This document shows positions 18,569 through 27,211 of a DNA stretch of 64,000 nucleotides, piece after piece. The stretch lies in assembly GCA_001602865.1 (NCBI GenBank), contig LUZF01000004.1, positions 15,686 through 79,685 of the forward strand. Reading direction: 5' to 3'. The stretch comes from Bacteroidales bacterium Bact_14. Its GTDB lineage: Bacteria > Bacteroidota > Bacteroidia > Bacteroidales > UBA932. A program made the translations under genes and the position numbers. The notes beneath the pieces were generated by a model. It was not told the DNA's origin, did not search any database, and was given only the letters and a program-made list of their open reading frames with translations. How positions within the stretch are numbered: position 1 is the first letter of the stretch; each line of letters opens with the position of its first letter.

Positions 18569-19984
18569 TTGACACATAAAAACTTCATAACTACGATACT
18601 CCCGCTCAAGCTTGAGTGGGAGCCGTGGTATTATAGCCCCGAGGTTGTCCCCGTGGGGACCCGCGTGAAGGTCCGCTGCGCCGGCCGCGTCTATACCGCG
18701 GTCGTCAGCGGCGCCGGCGGGACCCCGGACATCCCCGAGGAGAAAATCCAGGGAATCCTTTCCGTGGAGGCCCTGGAACCCATCACACCGGAGGAGATCC
18801 GGCTCTGGCGTTTCATCGCCGATTATTATCTCTGTACGGTCGGGGAAGTCTACAAGGCCGCCTATCCCGCGATGAAGCAGACGGCGGAAGGCAAGAAGCC
18901 CCGCCGGAAGGCCGACCTCGAGAACGGCAACCTGGTTACGGAGACCATCCGTTTCGAGGACGACAAGCCCCTGCTGCTGGTCGGGACCGGCCGGGAGCCC
19001 ATCTACCGCGGAATGATCCGGAAGACCCTCGCAGAGGGGAAGGATGTGCTGATGCTCTCCCCCGGCGCGCCGACGCTCTCCTTCCCGCAGATCCGCGACC
19101 TCGCCCAGGCGGTCCGCCGCCGCGACAGCGAGCCGCGGCTCGTTTACGGCCGCCGCCCGCTGCTCTTCCTCCCCTTCGCCAAGCTCGGCCTGGTGATCGT
19201 CGACGAAGAGCAGGATGTAACCTACAAGCAGGAGTCCCCCGCTCCGCGCTACAATGGACGGGATGTCGCCGTGTACCTGGCCTCGCTCCACAAGGCTTCG
19301 GTGATCCTGGGCTCCGCCTGCCCTTCGCTGGAGTCGCTGCTGAACGTGCGCAGCGGCAAATACAGCCTCCTGCGCTGCCAGGATGCCCCTGCCCCGCTGG
19401 AAGTGATCGATACCGGGGCGGAGCGTCGCAAACGCGGAATGGAGGGTGATTATTCGAAGAAGCTGCTCGCGCGCAAGGAGGAGATCGAGGCTGCGGGCGG
19501 GAAGATGCTGATCCTGGAAAGCTGGGAGCTGGGGAACACGTCCAAGCTGAAGCTGGACAAGGTGGACGCGCTGGCGGTGCTGCATTTCGAGGTGCTGCTC
19601 GCGCGGCCGGGGTTCCGCTCCGACGAGAAGGCGATGCAGCTGATCGCGAAGCTCCGCAACGCCTGCAAGCGGCTCATCCTCCAGACCGCCGACGCCTCGC
19701 ACCCCGTTTTCTCCGGGGATGCCGATGCGCTGCTGGAGGAGCGGAAGGACTTCCATCTGCCGCCCTACACGCGCGAGGTGGACCTGCGCATCGAAGACAA
19801 GAATGAGGCGCGCCTCGCCAAGATGACCCGGGAGCTGGAGCGCCGCTTCGGCTCGTCCCGGCTGTACCTGCCGAAGGACAGGACGCTGGGCGCGGCGAAA
19901 AAAGAAATCGCGCGGAAAGTCCGCGCGTTCGAGGAAGAATTCCGGTATCCGGGACACATCGTCCTGGATGTGGATCCGCTCTAA
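18569..19984 (+). CDS. priA: primosomal protein N' (PriA), shortened with degenerate helicase motifs
   Basis: 3'-DNA-binding domain (VGTRVKV, LWRFIADYYLCTVGEV), LGLVIVDEEQ..YKQ..PAPRYNGRD, LGSACPSLES, LEERK.F.LPPY, terminal DVDP. TTG start. Confidence 0.8.
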   Translation: MTHKNFITTILPLKLEWEPWYYSPEVVPVGTRVKVRCAGRVYTAVVSGAGGTPDIPEEKIQGILSVEALEPITPEEIRLWRFIADYYLCTVGEVYKAAYPAMKQTAEGKKPRRKADLENGNLVTETIRFEDDKPLLLVGTGREPIYRGMIRKTLAEGKDVLMLSPGAPTLSFPQIRDLAQAVRRRDSEPRLVYGRRPLLFLPFAKLGLVIVDEEQDVTYKQESPAPRYNGRDVAVYLASLHKASVILGSACPSLESLLNVRSGKYSLLRCQDAPAPLEVIDTGAERRKRGMEGDYSKKLLARKEEIEAAGGKMLILESWELGNTSKLKLDKVDALAVLHFEVLLARPGFRSDEKAMQLIAKLRNACKRLILQTADASHPVFSGDADALLEERKDFHLPPYTREVDLRIEDKNEARLAKMTRELERRFGSSRLYLPKDRTLGAAKKEIARKVRAFEEEFRYPGHIVLDVDPL

Positions 19985-20586
19985 TCTTCGTTCAGGGCCC
20001 GGATTTTCCCTTTCAGGAAGGTGACGAACTCCGAATTCAGGAAGACGGGGCCGGCCTGCTTCAGCATCCCCTTCATATCGTCCAGCGAGAGGACCGGATA
20101 GGTGCTGGCCAGGACATAGGCGCCGGCGATGTCGTTGTTGTGGCGGGCGACGAAGTCGAGGACCAGTTCCCGGTTGCGCGCTTCCGGCTCCTCCTCCGAA
20201 TCCCGGTTGTAATAGAGGTCGCTGGCGGCCTCGAAATACTCCGACAGGGCGTCGTTCAGCGGGGTTCCGGTCGCGGCTTTGTCAGCCAGGTTGAGGTAGA
20301 TGATTCCGGGTTCCAGGATGACGTACCACTCGTTGAAGAGGTCGTCCTGCACGACGCGCGCGAAACGCGGCTCGTCGATATGGCCCTTGATGTTGAACAC
20401 GCCGTCCTTCGCGATGCACTTGGCCCGGATCAGCGTATCGGTCGCATACTCCAACAGATGGGCCCCTTCGGCGCGGGACCCGGCCAGCGGCCTCCCCACG
20501 ATCGTAAAATTCGGTTTCGGCCCGCACGCCGCCGCCAGCAGCAGCGCCGCCACCGCGACAGCAGCAAGAATCATCAGCTTTTTCAT
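19981..20586 (-). CDS. DUF4369-like lipoprotein
   Basis: MKKL...LAAC lipobox, DGVFNIKG, ILEPG.I, TGTPLND. Confidence 0.7.
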   Translation of the reverse strand: MKKLMILAAVAVAALLLAAACGPKPNFTIVGRPLAGSRAEGAHLLEYATDTLIRAKCIAKDGVFNIKGHIDEPRFARVVQDDLFNEWYVILEPGIIYLNLADKAATGTPLNDALSEYFEAASDLYYNRDSEEEPEARNRELVLDFVARHNNDIAGAYVLASTYPVLSLDDMKGMLKQAGPVFLNSEFVTFLKGKIRALNED

Positions 20587-20597
20587 ACCCGCAAAAA

Positions 20598-20637
20598 TAC
20601 GAAAAAAGGTCGGACAATTGTCCAACCTTTTTTCGTA
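20598..20637 (-). terminator. hairpin downstream of tRNA-Glu
   Basis: TACGAAAAAAGGTCGGACAA/TTGTCCAACCTTTTTTCGTA near-perfect inverted repeat. Confidence 0.65.
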
Positions 20638-20707
20638 CTGGGTAGGAGAATCGAACTCCTATTGCGAGATTGAGAATCTCGAGTACTAACCGTTATACGA
20701 ACCCAGC
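20636..20707 (-). tRNA. tRNA-Glu (CTC)
   Basis: Reverse complement GCTGGGTTCGTATAACGGTTAGTACTCGAGATTCTCAATCTCGCAATAGGAGTTCGATTCTCCTACCCAGTA. Anticodon loop TTCTCAA. Upstream TATCTTTG. Confidence 0.95.
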
Positions 20708-20758
20708 ATTTCTCGTGGACTGCAAAGATAGGTAAAAAATCCGGACCTCCAAATTTTT

Positions 20759-21823
20759 TTACTTGATTCTTCTCGGGGCGTCGGCGTAAAGGACGAAGCG
20801 CTTGGCCTTGCGGATCCACTTCTGCTCTTCCAACTTGACGTGCTCCTGGACGATGTCGAAGGTGATTTCCTTGCGCAGAAAGGCCGCGATGACGGGATCG
20901 GCGAGGCGGGCGAAGAAGCTGTCCGAGTAGGTAAACTCGGAGTAGCGGCCGGAAAAATAGCGCATCAGCTGCAGCGTGTGGAGCAGGGAGTGGTATTCCA
21001 CGCCCGGCAGCAGCAGGATCTGGTAGCCCTGGCAGACCTCGCCTTCGTAGAGGCCGTAGGCGGGCACGAAGCGGCACGGGCGCAGCTGCACGCCGTCCGG
21101 CACCGGAAGGCCTGCGTCGGCGGACGGGTTCAGGAACGGCGCGCCGATGTATTCGTAGGGCCGCGGCGTGCCGAGGCCCGGCGTAACGGTCGTGTCCTTC
21201 CAGAGCGCGCCGCCGGAATACAGCTGGCAGGTGAACAGGCCCGGAATGTCGCTGGCCGGAGGTACGGCCCAGGGCATCGTCAGCCGGCCGGTCGCACCGG
21301 CGTCCGCGGAGATGATGTGCAGCGGGTAGGCGGCATCTATCTCATTGTGGTACAGGTGGCAGAGCTCGCCGAGCGTAAGGCCGTGGCGGTGGGCCACCAC
21401 CGGCGTCCAGACGTCGTGGTCCACGACGGGCATCGTGCCTTCCACGGTGCGCCCGGCGGGGTTGGGATGGTCCACGATGTACAAGGCGGGCGCGTTTTCG
21501 AGGTTCGAGAGTGCAGACATCAGCCGCAGCACGTCCACGGTGTAGTTGAAGTAGCGCGCACCCACATCCTGGATTTCCACGACGACGGCGGCCACATCCC
21601 GCAGCGCGTCGAGGTCGAACTCGATGTGGTCCTCGACCGGCGAGAGCTCCGCTTCGGAGGGGCCGCAGACCAGCGCCAGGTTGCCCCGGCGGCGGAAAAT
21701 GTCCTCCAGGTAGCACTCCTGGTCCGCATCCCAGCAGCCCGGGGTGCGGAAGACGGCGACGCGGCCGTCGCGGAGCGCCTTGTCCAGCTGCTCGCCGATG
21801 GGGGTGGTCCGGAAAGAGAACAT
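20759..21823 (-). CDS. DUF1343 / NamZ-like protein (divergent)
   Basis: EIQDVGARYFNY, DHPNP, RHGLTLGEL, GTPRPYEYIGAP. Confidence 0.8.
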   Translation of the reverse strand: MFSFRTTPIGEQLDKALRDGRVAVFRTPGCWDADQECYLEDIFRRRGNLALVCGPSEAELSPVEDHIEFDLDALRDVAAVVVEIQDVGARYFNYTVDVLRLMSALSNLENAPALYIVDHPNPAGRTVEGTMPVVDHDVWTPVVAHRHGLTLGELCHLYHNEIDAAYPLHIISADAGATGRLTMPWAVPPASDIPGLFTCQLYSGGALWKDTTVTPGLGTPRPYEYIGAPFLNPSADAGLPVPDGVQLRPCRFVPAYGLYEGEVCQGYQILLLPGVEYHSLLHTLQLMRYFSGRYSEFTYSDSFFARLADPVIAAFLRKEITFDIVQEHVKLEEQKWIRKAKRFVLYADAPRRIK

Positions 21824-23238
21824 CAGCCGATGATGCTTTTGGCGAGCGCGATGACCTTTTCGCCGAGGGCGACGGCCTTCGCTTCGGTCTGGGCTTCGGA
21901 GTAGATGCGGATGATGGGCTCGGTATTGGAGCGGCGCAGGTGGACCCAGGTCTTGTCGGCTTCGAAGTCGATCTTGACGCCGTCGATATCGTTGACTTTT
22001 TCTGCGGCGAAAACGCGCTTCATCTCTTCCAGAATCTTGTCAATCAGCGCCTTGTCGCTGAGCTCGATCTTATTCTTCGCGATGAAATACTGCGGATATG
22101 TCTTTTTCAGTTCGCTGACAGTCAGTTTCTTATGGGCGAGGTTCGAAAGGAAGAGCGCTACGCCGACCATCGCGTCGCGGCCGCAGTGGCTCGCCGGATA
22201 GATGACGCCGCCGTTGCCTTCGCCGCCGATCAGGGCGCCTTTCTCGTGCATCTTCGTCGTGACGTTGACCTCTCCCACCGCCGCGGCGTAGTACACGCCT
22301 CCGTGGGCTTCGGTCACGTCGCGCAGCGCGCGGGAACTCGACAGGTTGCTGACCGTCACCATCCCCTTGCGACCCTTCGCCTCCTCCCGCTCCAGCAGGT
22401 AGTCGGCGACGCTGACCAGCGTGTATTCCTCGACGAAGGGCTCGCCGTTCTCGCAGATGAACGCGAGGCGGTCGACGTCGGGGTCCACGCTGACGCCCAG
22501 GTCCGCCTTCTCGCGGACGACGGTCTCGCTGAGTTCCTTAAGGTTCACCGGCAGCGGCTCCGGATTGTGGGCGAAATTGCCGTCCGGATTGCAGTTGAGG
22601 CCGATGCAGCGGACGCCCAGGCGCTTCAGCAGGCGCGGCATGATGATGCCGCCGACGGAGTTGACGGCGTCCAGCACGACGGTGAATTTCGCGGCCTTGA
22701 CCGCGGCAACATCCACCGCCTCCAGCGCGAGGACCGCGTCGATGTGCCGGTCCGTGAAGTCCTCGTCGAAGATGGCGCCGAGCTCATCCACGGAGGAGAA
22801 GTCGAAGTTGCCGGCTTCGGCGCAGTCCAGCACCGCCTGCCCTTCCGCCGCCGTCAGGAACTCTCCGCGCTCGTTGAGGAGCTTGAGGGCGTTCCACTGC
22901 CGCGGGTTGTGGGAGGCGGTCAGGATGATGCCGCCGTCGGCGCCGCTCATCGTGACGGCCAGCTCGGTCGTCGGCGTGCTGGCGAGGCCGATGCGGAGCA
23001 CGTCGATCCCGCAGGAGACCAGCGTTCCGCAGACGAGCTGCTCGACCATCTCGCCGCTGAGGCGCGCGTCCCGGCCGACGACGACCTTGTACCGGTCGGC
23101 GTTCGGGGTCGGCTTGCGCTCCCGCAGTTTGGTGGCATAGGCATAGGTGAAATTAACGATATCGACAGGCGTGAGTCCCTGTCCTGCCGGGCCGCCGATG
23201 GTTCCGCGGATGCCGGAAATGGATTTGATCAATGTCAT
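21823..23238 (-). CDS. glmM: phosphoglucosamine mutase
   Basis: SISGIRG, TASHNP, DPDVDR, GGEGNGG, RSNTEP. Confidence 0.88.
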   Translation of the reverse strand: MTLIKSISGIRGTIGGPAGQGLTPVDIVNFTYAYATKLRERKPTPNADRYKVVVGRDARLSGEMVEQLVCGTLVSCGIDVLRIGLASTPTTELAVTMSGADGGIILTASHNPRQWNALKLLNERGEFLTAAEGQAVLDCAEAGNFDFSSVDELGAIFDEDFTDRHIDAVLALEAVDVAAVKAAKFTVVLDAVNSVGGIIMPRLLKRLGVRCIGLNCNPDGNFAHNPEPLPVNLKELSETVVREKADLGVSVDPDVDRLAFICENGEPFVEEYTLVSVADYLLEREEAKGRKGMVTVSNLSSSRALRDVTEAHGGVYYAAAVGEVNVTTKMHEKGALIGGEGNGGVIYPASHCGRDAMVGVALFLSNLAHKKLTVSELKKTYPQYFIAKNKIELSDKALIDKILEEMKRVFAAEKVNDIDGVKIDFEADKTWVHLRRSNTEPIIRIYSEAQTEAKAVALGEKVIALAKSIIG

Positions 23239-23244
23239 AACACG

Positions 23245-23291
23245 CAAATTTACGAATTAATTTGCTTTATCTTCAAATTTTAGTATCTTTG
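23245..23291. promoter_or_regulatory. overlapping divergent sigma-A promoters (glmM / rpmE2)
   Basis: Plus strand: TTTG(23261)-19 nt-TATCTTTG(23284). Minus strand: TTTG(23277)-21 nt-TAAATTTG(23252). Both fit the Bacteroidetes consensus. Confidence 0.7.
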
Positions 23292-23319
23292 CGCCCACGA
23301 TTCTAAAAAACCCAAAGAA

Positions 23320-23571
23320 ATGAAGAAAGGAATCCATCCCGAAACCTACCGACTTGTAGCTTTCAAGGATATGTCCAACGAGGATGTTTTCATCACCCGC
23401 TCCTGCGCGACGACGAAGGAGACCCTGATGGTCGACGGTGTTGAATATCCCCTCGTGAAGGTTGAGATCTCCAACACCTCTCACCCTTTCTACACTGGCA
23501 AAGTCAAGATTCTCGACACCGCCGGTCGCGTCGACAAATTCTACCAGAGATACAAGTCAAGACAGAAGTAA
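23320..23571 (+). CDS. rpmE2: 50S ribosomal protein L31 type B
   Basis: MKKGIHPETYR, EISNTSHPFYTG, AGRVDKF. No CxxC. Confidence 0.96.
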   Translation: MKKGIHPETYRLVAFKDMSNEDVFITRSCATTKETLMVDGVEYPLVKVEISNTSHPFYTGKVKILDTAGRVDKFYQRYKSRQK

Positions 23572-23594
23572 TTTCTTCTGCTCTTACCAGGATA

Positions 23595-23628
23595 AAAGAG
23601 GCTGCAACCAGGTTGCGGCCTTTTTTTT
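23595..23628 (+). terminator. intrinsic terminator of rpmE2
   Basis: AGGCTGCAAC/GTTGCGGCCT stem followed by a T8 run. Confidence 0.8.
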
Positions 23629-23647
23629 CTCCCTTCCCGACTCCCCC

Positions 23648-23725
23648 CTGTCATTCCGACCGCAACGAAGGGACCTATTACTGTCATTTCGAGCGGAGCC
23701 CGAAGGGCGTAGTCGAGAAATCTCC
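23648..23725 (+). repeat. two GTCAT-type REP-like palindromes (first degenerate)
   Basis: CTGTCATTCCGACCGCAACG... and CTGTCATTTCGA-GCGGAGCCCGAAGGGCGTAG-TCGAGAAATCTCC. Confidence 0.65.
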
Positions 23726-23833
23726 TTGCCGCCGGAAAGCCCAATCATAAAAAACAGTTAATCGTCGAAAAATACTTATAAATCTGCATCCCGGGTCTTG
23801 ACAAGAAAGCTGATTTCAAATAACTTCGCAGCT

Positions 23834-24073
23834 ATGAGCGAATTGACACAACGACAATACCTTGCTATGTTCATGGCCGAACTCGACGAGAAGAGCCGCC
23901 TCCGCACCGCCCGCGAGGAAGGTCTCGCCGAAGGCCGCGAGGAAGGCCTATCCGAAGGCAAAGCAGAGCAAGCGAAGGAAATAGCGCGAAAGATGCTTTC
24001 TCGCAAAATGGAGATTCCCGATATCGCGGACATTACAGGCTTAAGTCCTACACAAATCGAACAATTGATGTAA
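23834..24073 (+). CDS. stand-alone C-terminal tail of an Rpn / PD-(D/E)XK transposase-2 family protein
   Basis: AREEGLAEGREEGLSEGKAEQAKEIARKML...IADITGLS...IEQL. No nuclease domain upstream. Confidence 0.7.
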   Translation: MSELTQRQYLAMFMAELDEKSRLRTAREEGLAEGREEGLSEGKAEQAKEIARKMLSRKMEIPDIADITGLSPTQIEQLM

Positions 24074-24075
24074 AC

Positions 24076-24103
24076 GAGCACCTGCACTTGCAGGTGTTTT
24101 TTT
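24076..24103 (+). terminator. intrinsic terminator after the Rpn-tail ORF
   Basis: GCACCTGCA/TGCAGGTGT stem followed by a T-run. Confidence 0.75.
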
Positions 24104-24119
24104 CGCCTTCTCCCGGACA

Positions 24120-24296
24120 TCTCCACCACCCTCCGCCGCCGGAAGGGATAGCACGCCTGAAACCCATCGCGGTCTTCGACCGCTCGTCCCTCCCACTGCG
24201 CTTCGCTTGCGGGCCCCTCCCGCTCATGAGGCCGCGGGCGGCCACAGGTTTCAGCCGCATCTATCCCTTCCGCCACCGTCCCGCGCCAAAGGCCTC
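24120..24296 (+). repeat. ~175-bp multi-hairpin repeat, copy A
   Basis: Outer stem CGGAAGGGATAG..CTGAAACC / GGTTTCAG..CTATCCCTTCCG with internal hairpins GCGGTC-TTC-GACCGC and GGCCGC-GG-GCGGCC. Reverse complement of copy B. Confidence 0.85.
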
Positions 24297-24320
24297 ATCC
24301 TCTCTTCTTGTATTGTTTCA

Positions 24321-24686
24321 TCAGAAAGCGTCGCTAATTGCCTTGTCTATGTCTTCTTTCTTGAACGTAAAGATATGTCCGAAGACGCCGACAGATACCT
24401 GTTGATAAACTCCGTCTAAGTTCTGCAACTCGCCTGTGGACCAGAGGAAATGATTCTTCACGACAAGGCGGTTGTCCATAACACGGCTTGCGATACCTGT
24501 TCCAAGGGAACCGAATAATGCCGACAGCCCCTGATACTCAGGGTCTTCAGTTTTCAACTCGTCATTAATCCGTTCGTTGATTACGGACATAATGGCATCT
24601 TTATGAGCCTGCTTATCCGGGCAGGTTATTACGGCGGCGGCACCGACAATCAGGATTGCAATTATTGCTATGACTGTTTTTTTCAT
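24321..24686 (-). CDS. DUF4359-like membrane-anchored protein
   Basis: N-terminal TM followed by TCPD...HK, N.FLWS, VSVGVFGHIF. Confidence 0.65.
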   Translation of the reverse strand: MKKTVIAIIAILIVGAAAVITCPDKQAHKDAIMSVINERINDELKTEDPEYQGLSALFGSLGTGIASRVMDNRLVVKNHFLWSTGELQNLDGVYQQVSVGVFGHIFTFKKEDIDKAISDAF

Positions 24687-24714
24687 ATTGTAATTCTTCG
24701 TTTTTCCTTCCCGG

Positions 24715-24924
24715 TCAATCATCCGCTACAGGGGCAAAGCGCGGCACCATCTCTCCATCGTGTTCAACCATTTCAAAGAAATTGGCCTTTGTACGAATCC
24801 ATATCCGATGATCATCGTACATAGCTTCATAGACTACGGCCTCCTCCCCCGTTGCCTCGATGGTGGCAAAACAGAGAATTCGATACAGTTTTCCATTGCG
24901 GAAATGACGGTAGTACTGGCTCAT
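24715..24924 (-). CDS. DUF1653 domain protein
   Basis: YRHF.NG..Y......A...T.E..VVY.A.Y....W.R...F......G..VPRF pattern. Start overlaps the DUF2075 stop (ATGA). Confidence 0.85.
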   Translation of the reverse strand: MSQYYRHFRNGKLYRILCFATIEATGEEAVVYEAMYDDHRIWIRTKANFFEMVEHDGEMVPRFAPVADD

Positions 24925-26834
24925 TGCTTTTCTAGAAACTCTTCAGTTGGGTATTTGCCAGCCATGGGGCTACTAACAGGATGAATCATCATCTTCAAAT
25001 ACGTCCGCAACGCCTCGTCCTCACAATAGACATAACAACCCTTCTGGCCACGTGTGAGCAGGGTTTTATAAGTGTTTAGGATTAGCCGTCGAGCCACATC
25101 GTCTTTAGCCCCGCGGATTCCGGAGGATTTGTCATCCGAGGAGATGGCACTCTTATCAGTCACCACCCGCCCGTCAACGTACTTCAAATCCTTTCCAATC
25201 AGCACCCCCACATAATCAAACTCAAGGCCCTGGGCGGTATGAATGCAACCTACCTCCTCAAAGGACTTGGGATTGATAGCCCAGATCTTATCGTTCTCCA
25301 AATTCCATTTAGCCTGGAATCCGCCGGGGAGGGAGATATCAACATCTCCGCGGTGATTCTTGACATTCCAATCGTAGCAGTATCCGGCAACCATTCGGGC
25401 CTTGTTGTCAGCGTTCTTTTCCCTTAGGGCCTCGCGCATCTCGCAGGCATCGTCAAAGACTTGAAAATCATAGTTGAGTTCCGTCAGCGGTACAGAGACC
25501 GTCTCCTCGTTTCTTTGCAGGAGGTTATCGATGAATTGGATATAGGCATCGCTTCCGTTGCAGCGGAACTGGGAGACCAGCTTGGTCTCTTCACGCATAA
25601 TGATGGTGGATCCCAATTCCTTGCACCACTTGGTAATCTCCTGAATACTACCGATATCCTTTGTGGTGACGGCTTGATCTTCGTCCAACATAAACACTGT
25701 AAGAAGAGACGCATTGATGCATTCTTTCACCTGGTTTTTACCACCCTTGTCCATATTCATTCTTTTCACCAACCGATGCGCTTCATCTACAATAAGGCAG
25801 TCGTATGCATTGGCGGGGACCATAGAAAGGCCAAATGGAGACCGGAACAACGGGCGGATATCGGCAATCCCCTCAGCCCTGTTATGCGAAAGGATGGAAA
25901 GGAACGCATCTCGAGGAGCTCTATTCTTTGTCACGTATGCCGCGTTGCAGTTGCTGAGGAGGTAATGCAACAGTAGATTGACGGCCAGAACAGATTTTCC
26001 CGTTCCAGGACCGCCCTGAATGATAATCGTACGTTTCTTTTGATCCTTCAGACACTGAAGCATCGTGCGGACGCTCATATCAAAACAGACGGCTTGTTCG
26101 TCCAAAAGGTCAAACAGCGGTTCGTTTCTGACCATAGTGGCCATTGCGTCCTGCAATGATTTGCTGGGTTTTATGCGGCCGTGGTCGATCAGGTACAACA
26201 AGTCTCCGTTTGAAGACTTCTTTGTGACGTATTTCTTGACGAAATCAATGAATGGCTGCACCTCGTCCATAACAAAGAATGGAGCCGACGTGTACCATTC
26301 TTTATAAATATCGGCAGCCAACGCCGCCTTATACCTGGAGAGATAATTGTGCAGGTACGCACAGGGAACAAGGTTGATGTTATTATTATGAACTACCTGT
26401 GAATAGTTGCTAATAAAACGGGAATAAGAGTATGCCTGGTAGGATGGATGACAAACAATCCGGTTATCATTGGCAACATAGGTGCGTACGCTGAAGTGCA
26501 TATCGTCATCCACCACTTCCGCCTTTGTCCATTGCTTCAGTTCAACAATGACGATGTTGTCTCTGCCGTTCTCATTGGCTCCGATGATGATGAAATCTAC
26601 GCGCTTGGAAGTCTGGGGGATGTTGTATTCAATTGCAATCTGAACCTCATCTTCAATATCCCGGTCATCCACAATGTCACGCATAAACTTCATAGAGTTA
26701 TGCCAGGATTCGAATTCACGGTCCTGCCCGGCGTTTAGGCCCCTCTCTCGGATAAGATTGAGAATTTTAGGGGCAATGACTCCCGTTCTCACATCCTGAA
26801 CGAATTGTCCTTTATTTGCGCTGTAGACAATCAT
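24921..26834 (-). CDS. DUF2075 (Schlafen group-3-type) helicase with N-terminal PD-(D/E)XK-like nuclease
   Basis: N-terminal IEY....KRVD...IVELKQW. Walker A GGPGTGKS, DEAH, QFRC, GCIHTAQGLEFDYVGV, YKTLLTRG. Confidence 0.88.
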   Translation of the reverse strand: MIVYSANKGQFVQDVRTGVIAPKILNLIRERGLNAGQDREFESWHNSMKFMRDIVDDRDIEDEVQIAIEYNIPQTSKRVDFIIIGANENGRDNIVIVELKQWTKAEVVDDDMHFSVRTYVANDNRIVCHPSYQAYSYSRFISNYSQVVHNNNINLVPCAYLHNYLSRYKAALAADIYKEWYTSAPFFVMDEVQPFIDFVKKYVTKKSSNGDLLYLIDHGRIKPSKSLQDAMATMVRNEPLFDLLDEQAVCFDMSVRTMLQCLKDQKKRTIIIQGGPGTGKSVLAVNLLLHYLLSNCNAAYVTKNRAPRDAFLSILSHNRAEGIADIRPLFRSPFGLSMVPANAYDCLIVDEAHRLVKRMNMDKGGKNQVKECINASLLTVFMLDEDQAVTTKDIGSIQEITKWCKELGSTIIMREETKLVSQFRCNGSDAYIQFIDNLLQRNEETVSVPLTELNYDFQVFDDACEMREALREKNADNKARMVAGYCYDWNVKNHRGDVDISLPGGFQAKWNLENDKIWAINPKSFEEVGCIHTAQGLEFDYVGVLIGKDLKYVDGRVVTDKSAISSDDKSSGIRGAKDDVARRLILNTYKTLLTRGQKGCYVYCEDEALRTYLKMMIHPVSSPMAGKYPTEEFLEKQ

Positions 26835-27160
26835 AACTCGTTGTATTTCTTGGCACTCCCCTTCGCCTTCTCTACAGGATACTTTGCCGCGTTCCTGCGA
26901 ATCTTCTCAAGCATAATCTCCTTGATGTCAAGATTATACTTGTCTGCCATCTGGAAGGCGTAGTTGAGGACATCGGCCAACTCCTCCCGCACCTTGTCCG
27001 GATTCACATCCTCGGGGGCCTTCCACAGGAATGCCTCCAATAATTCGGACGCCTCGACAGAGAGGCCAATGGCCAGGTCTTTTCCATTATGGAACTGATC
27101 CCAGTCCCGTTCCTGGTTAAACGCACGCAATTCTCCCAGAATCTGTTCAATATCTGTCAT
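26831..27160 (-). CDS. MazG-like nucleotide pyrophosphohydrolase (dCTPP1/RS21-C6 type)
   Basis: F..ERDWDQFH..KDLA...EASELLE.F.W, EELADV, KYP. Stop overlaps the DUF2075 start (ATGA). Confidence 0.92.
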   Translation of the reverse strand: MTDIEQILGELRAFNQERDWDQFHNGKDLAIGLSVEASELLEAFLWKAPEDVNPDKVREELADVLNYAFQMADKYNLDIKEIMLEKIRRNAAKYPVEKAKGSAKKYNEL

Positions 27161-27178
27161 AGCCAATAGGGATTCTCA

Positions 27179-27186
27179 CAAATATA
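27179..27186 (-). promoter_or_regulatory. -7 element for the mazG-DUF2075 operon
   Basis: TATATTTG on the minus strand, about 19 nt before the ATG. Confidence 0.55.
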
Positions 27187-27211
27187 ACCATTTTTCGAAT
27201 TCCCGACCGCT

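Noticed and set aside
24220-24250. Hammerhead-like CTCATGA-GGCCGC-GG-GCGGCC segment in copy A
   Set aside because: The core is CUCAUGA/ACAG rather than CUGAUGA/GAAA, and copy C does not keep it, so it is not a supported ribozyme.
24048-24419. Small ORFs across repeats A and B (24048-24260, 24088-24405, 24207-24419, 27176-27382, 27342-27591)
   Set aside because: They are translations of the GC-rich palindromic repeats; the shared peptides only reflect the DNA repeat.
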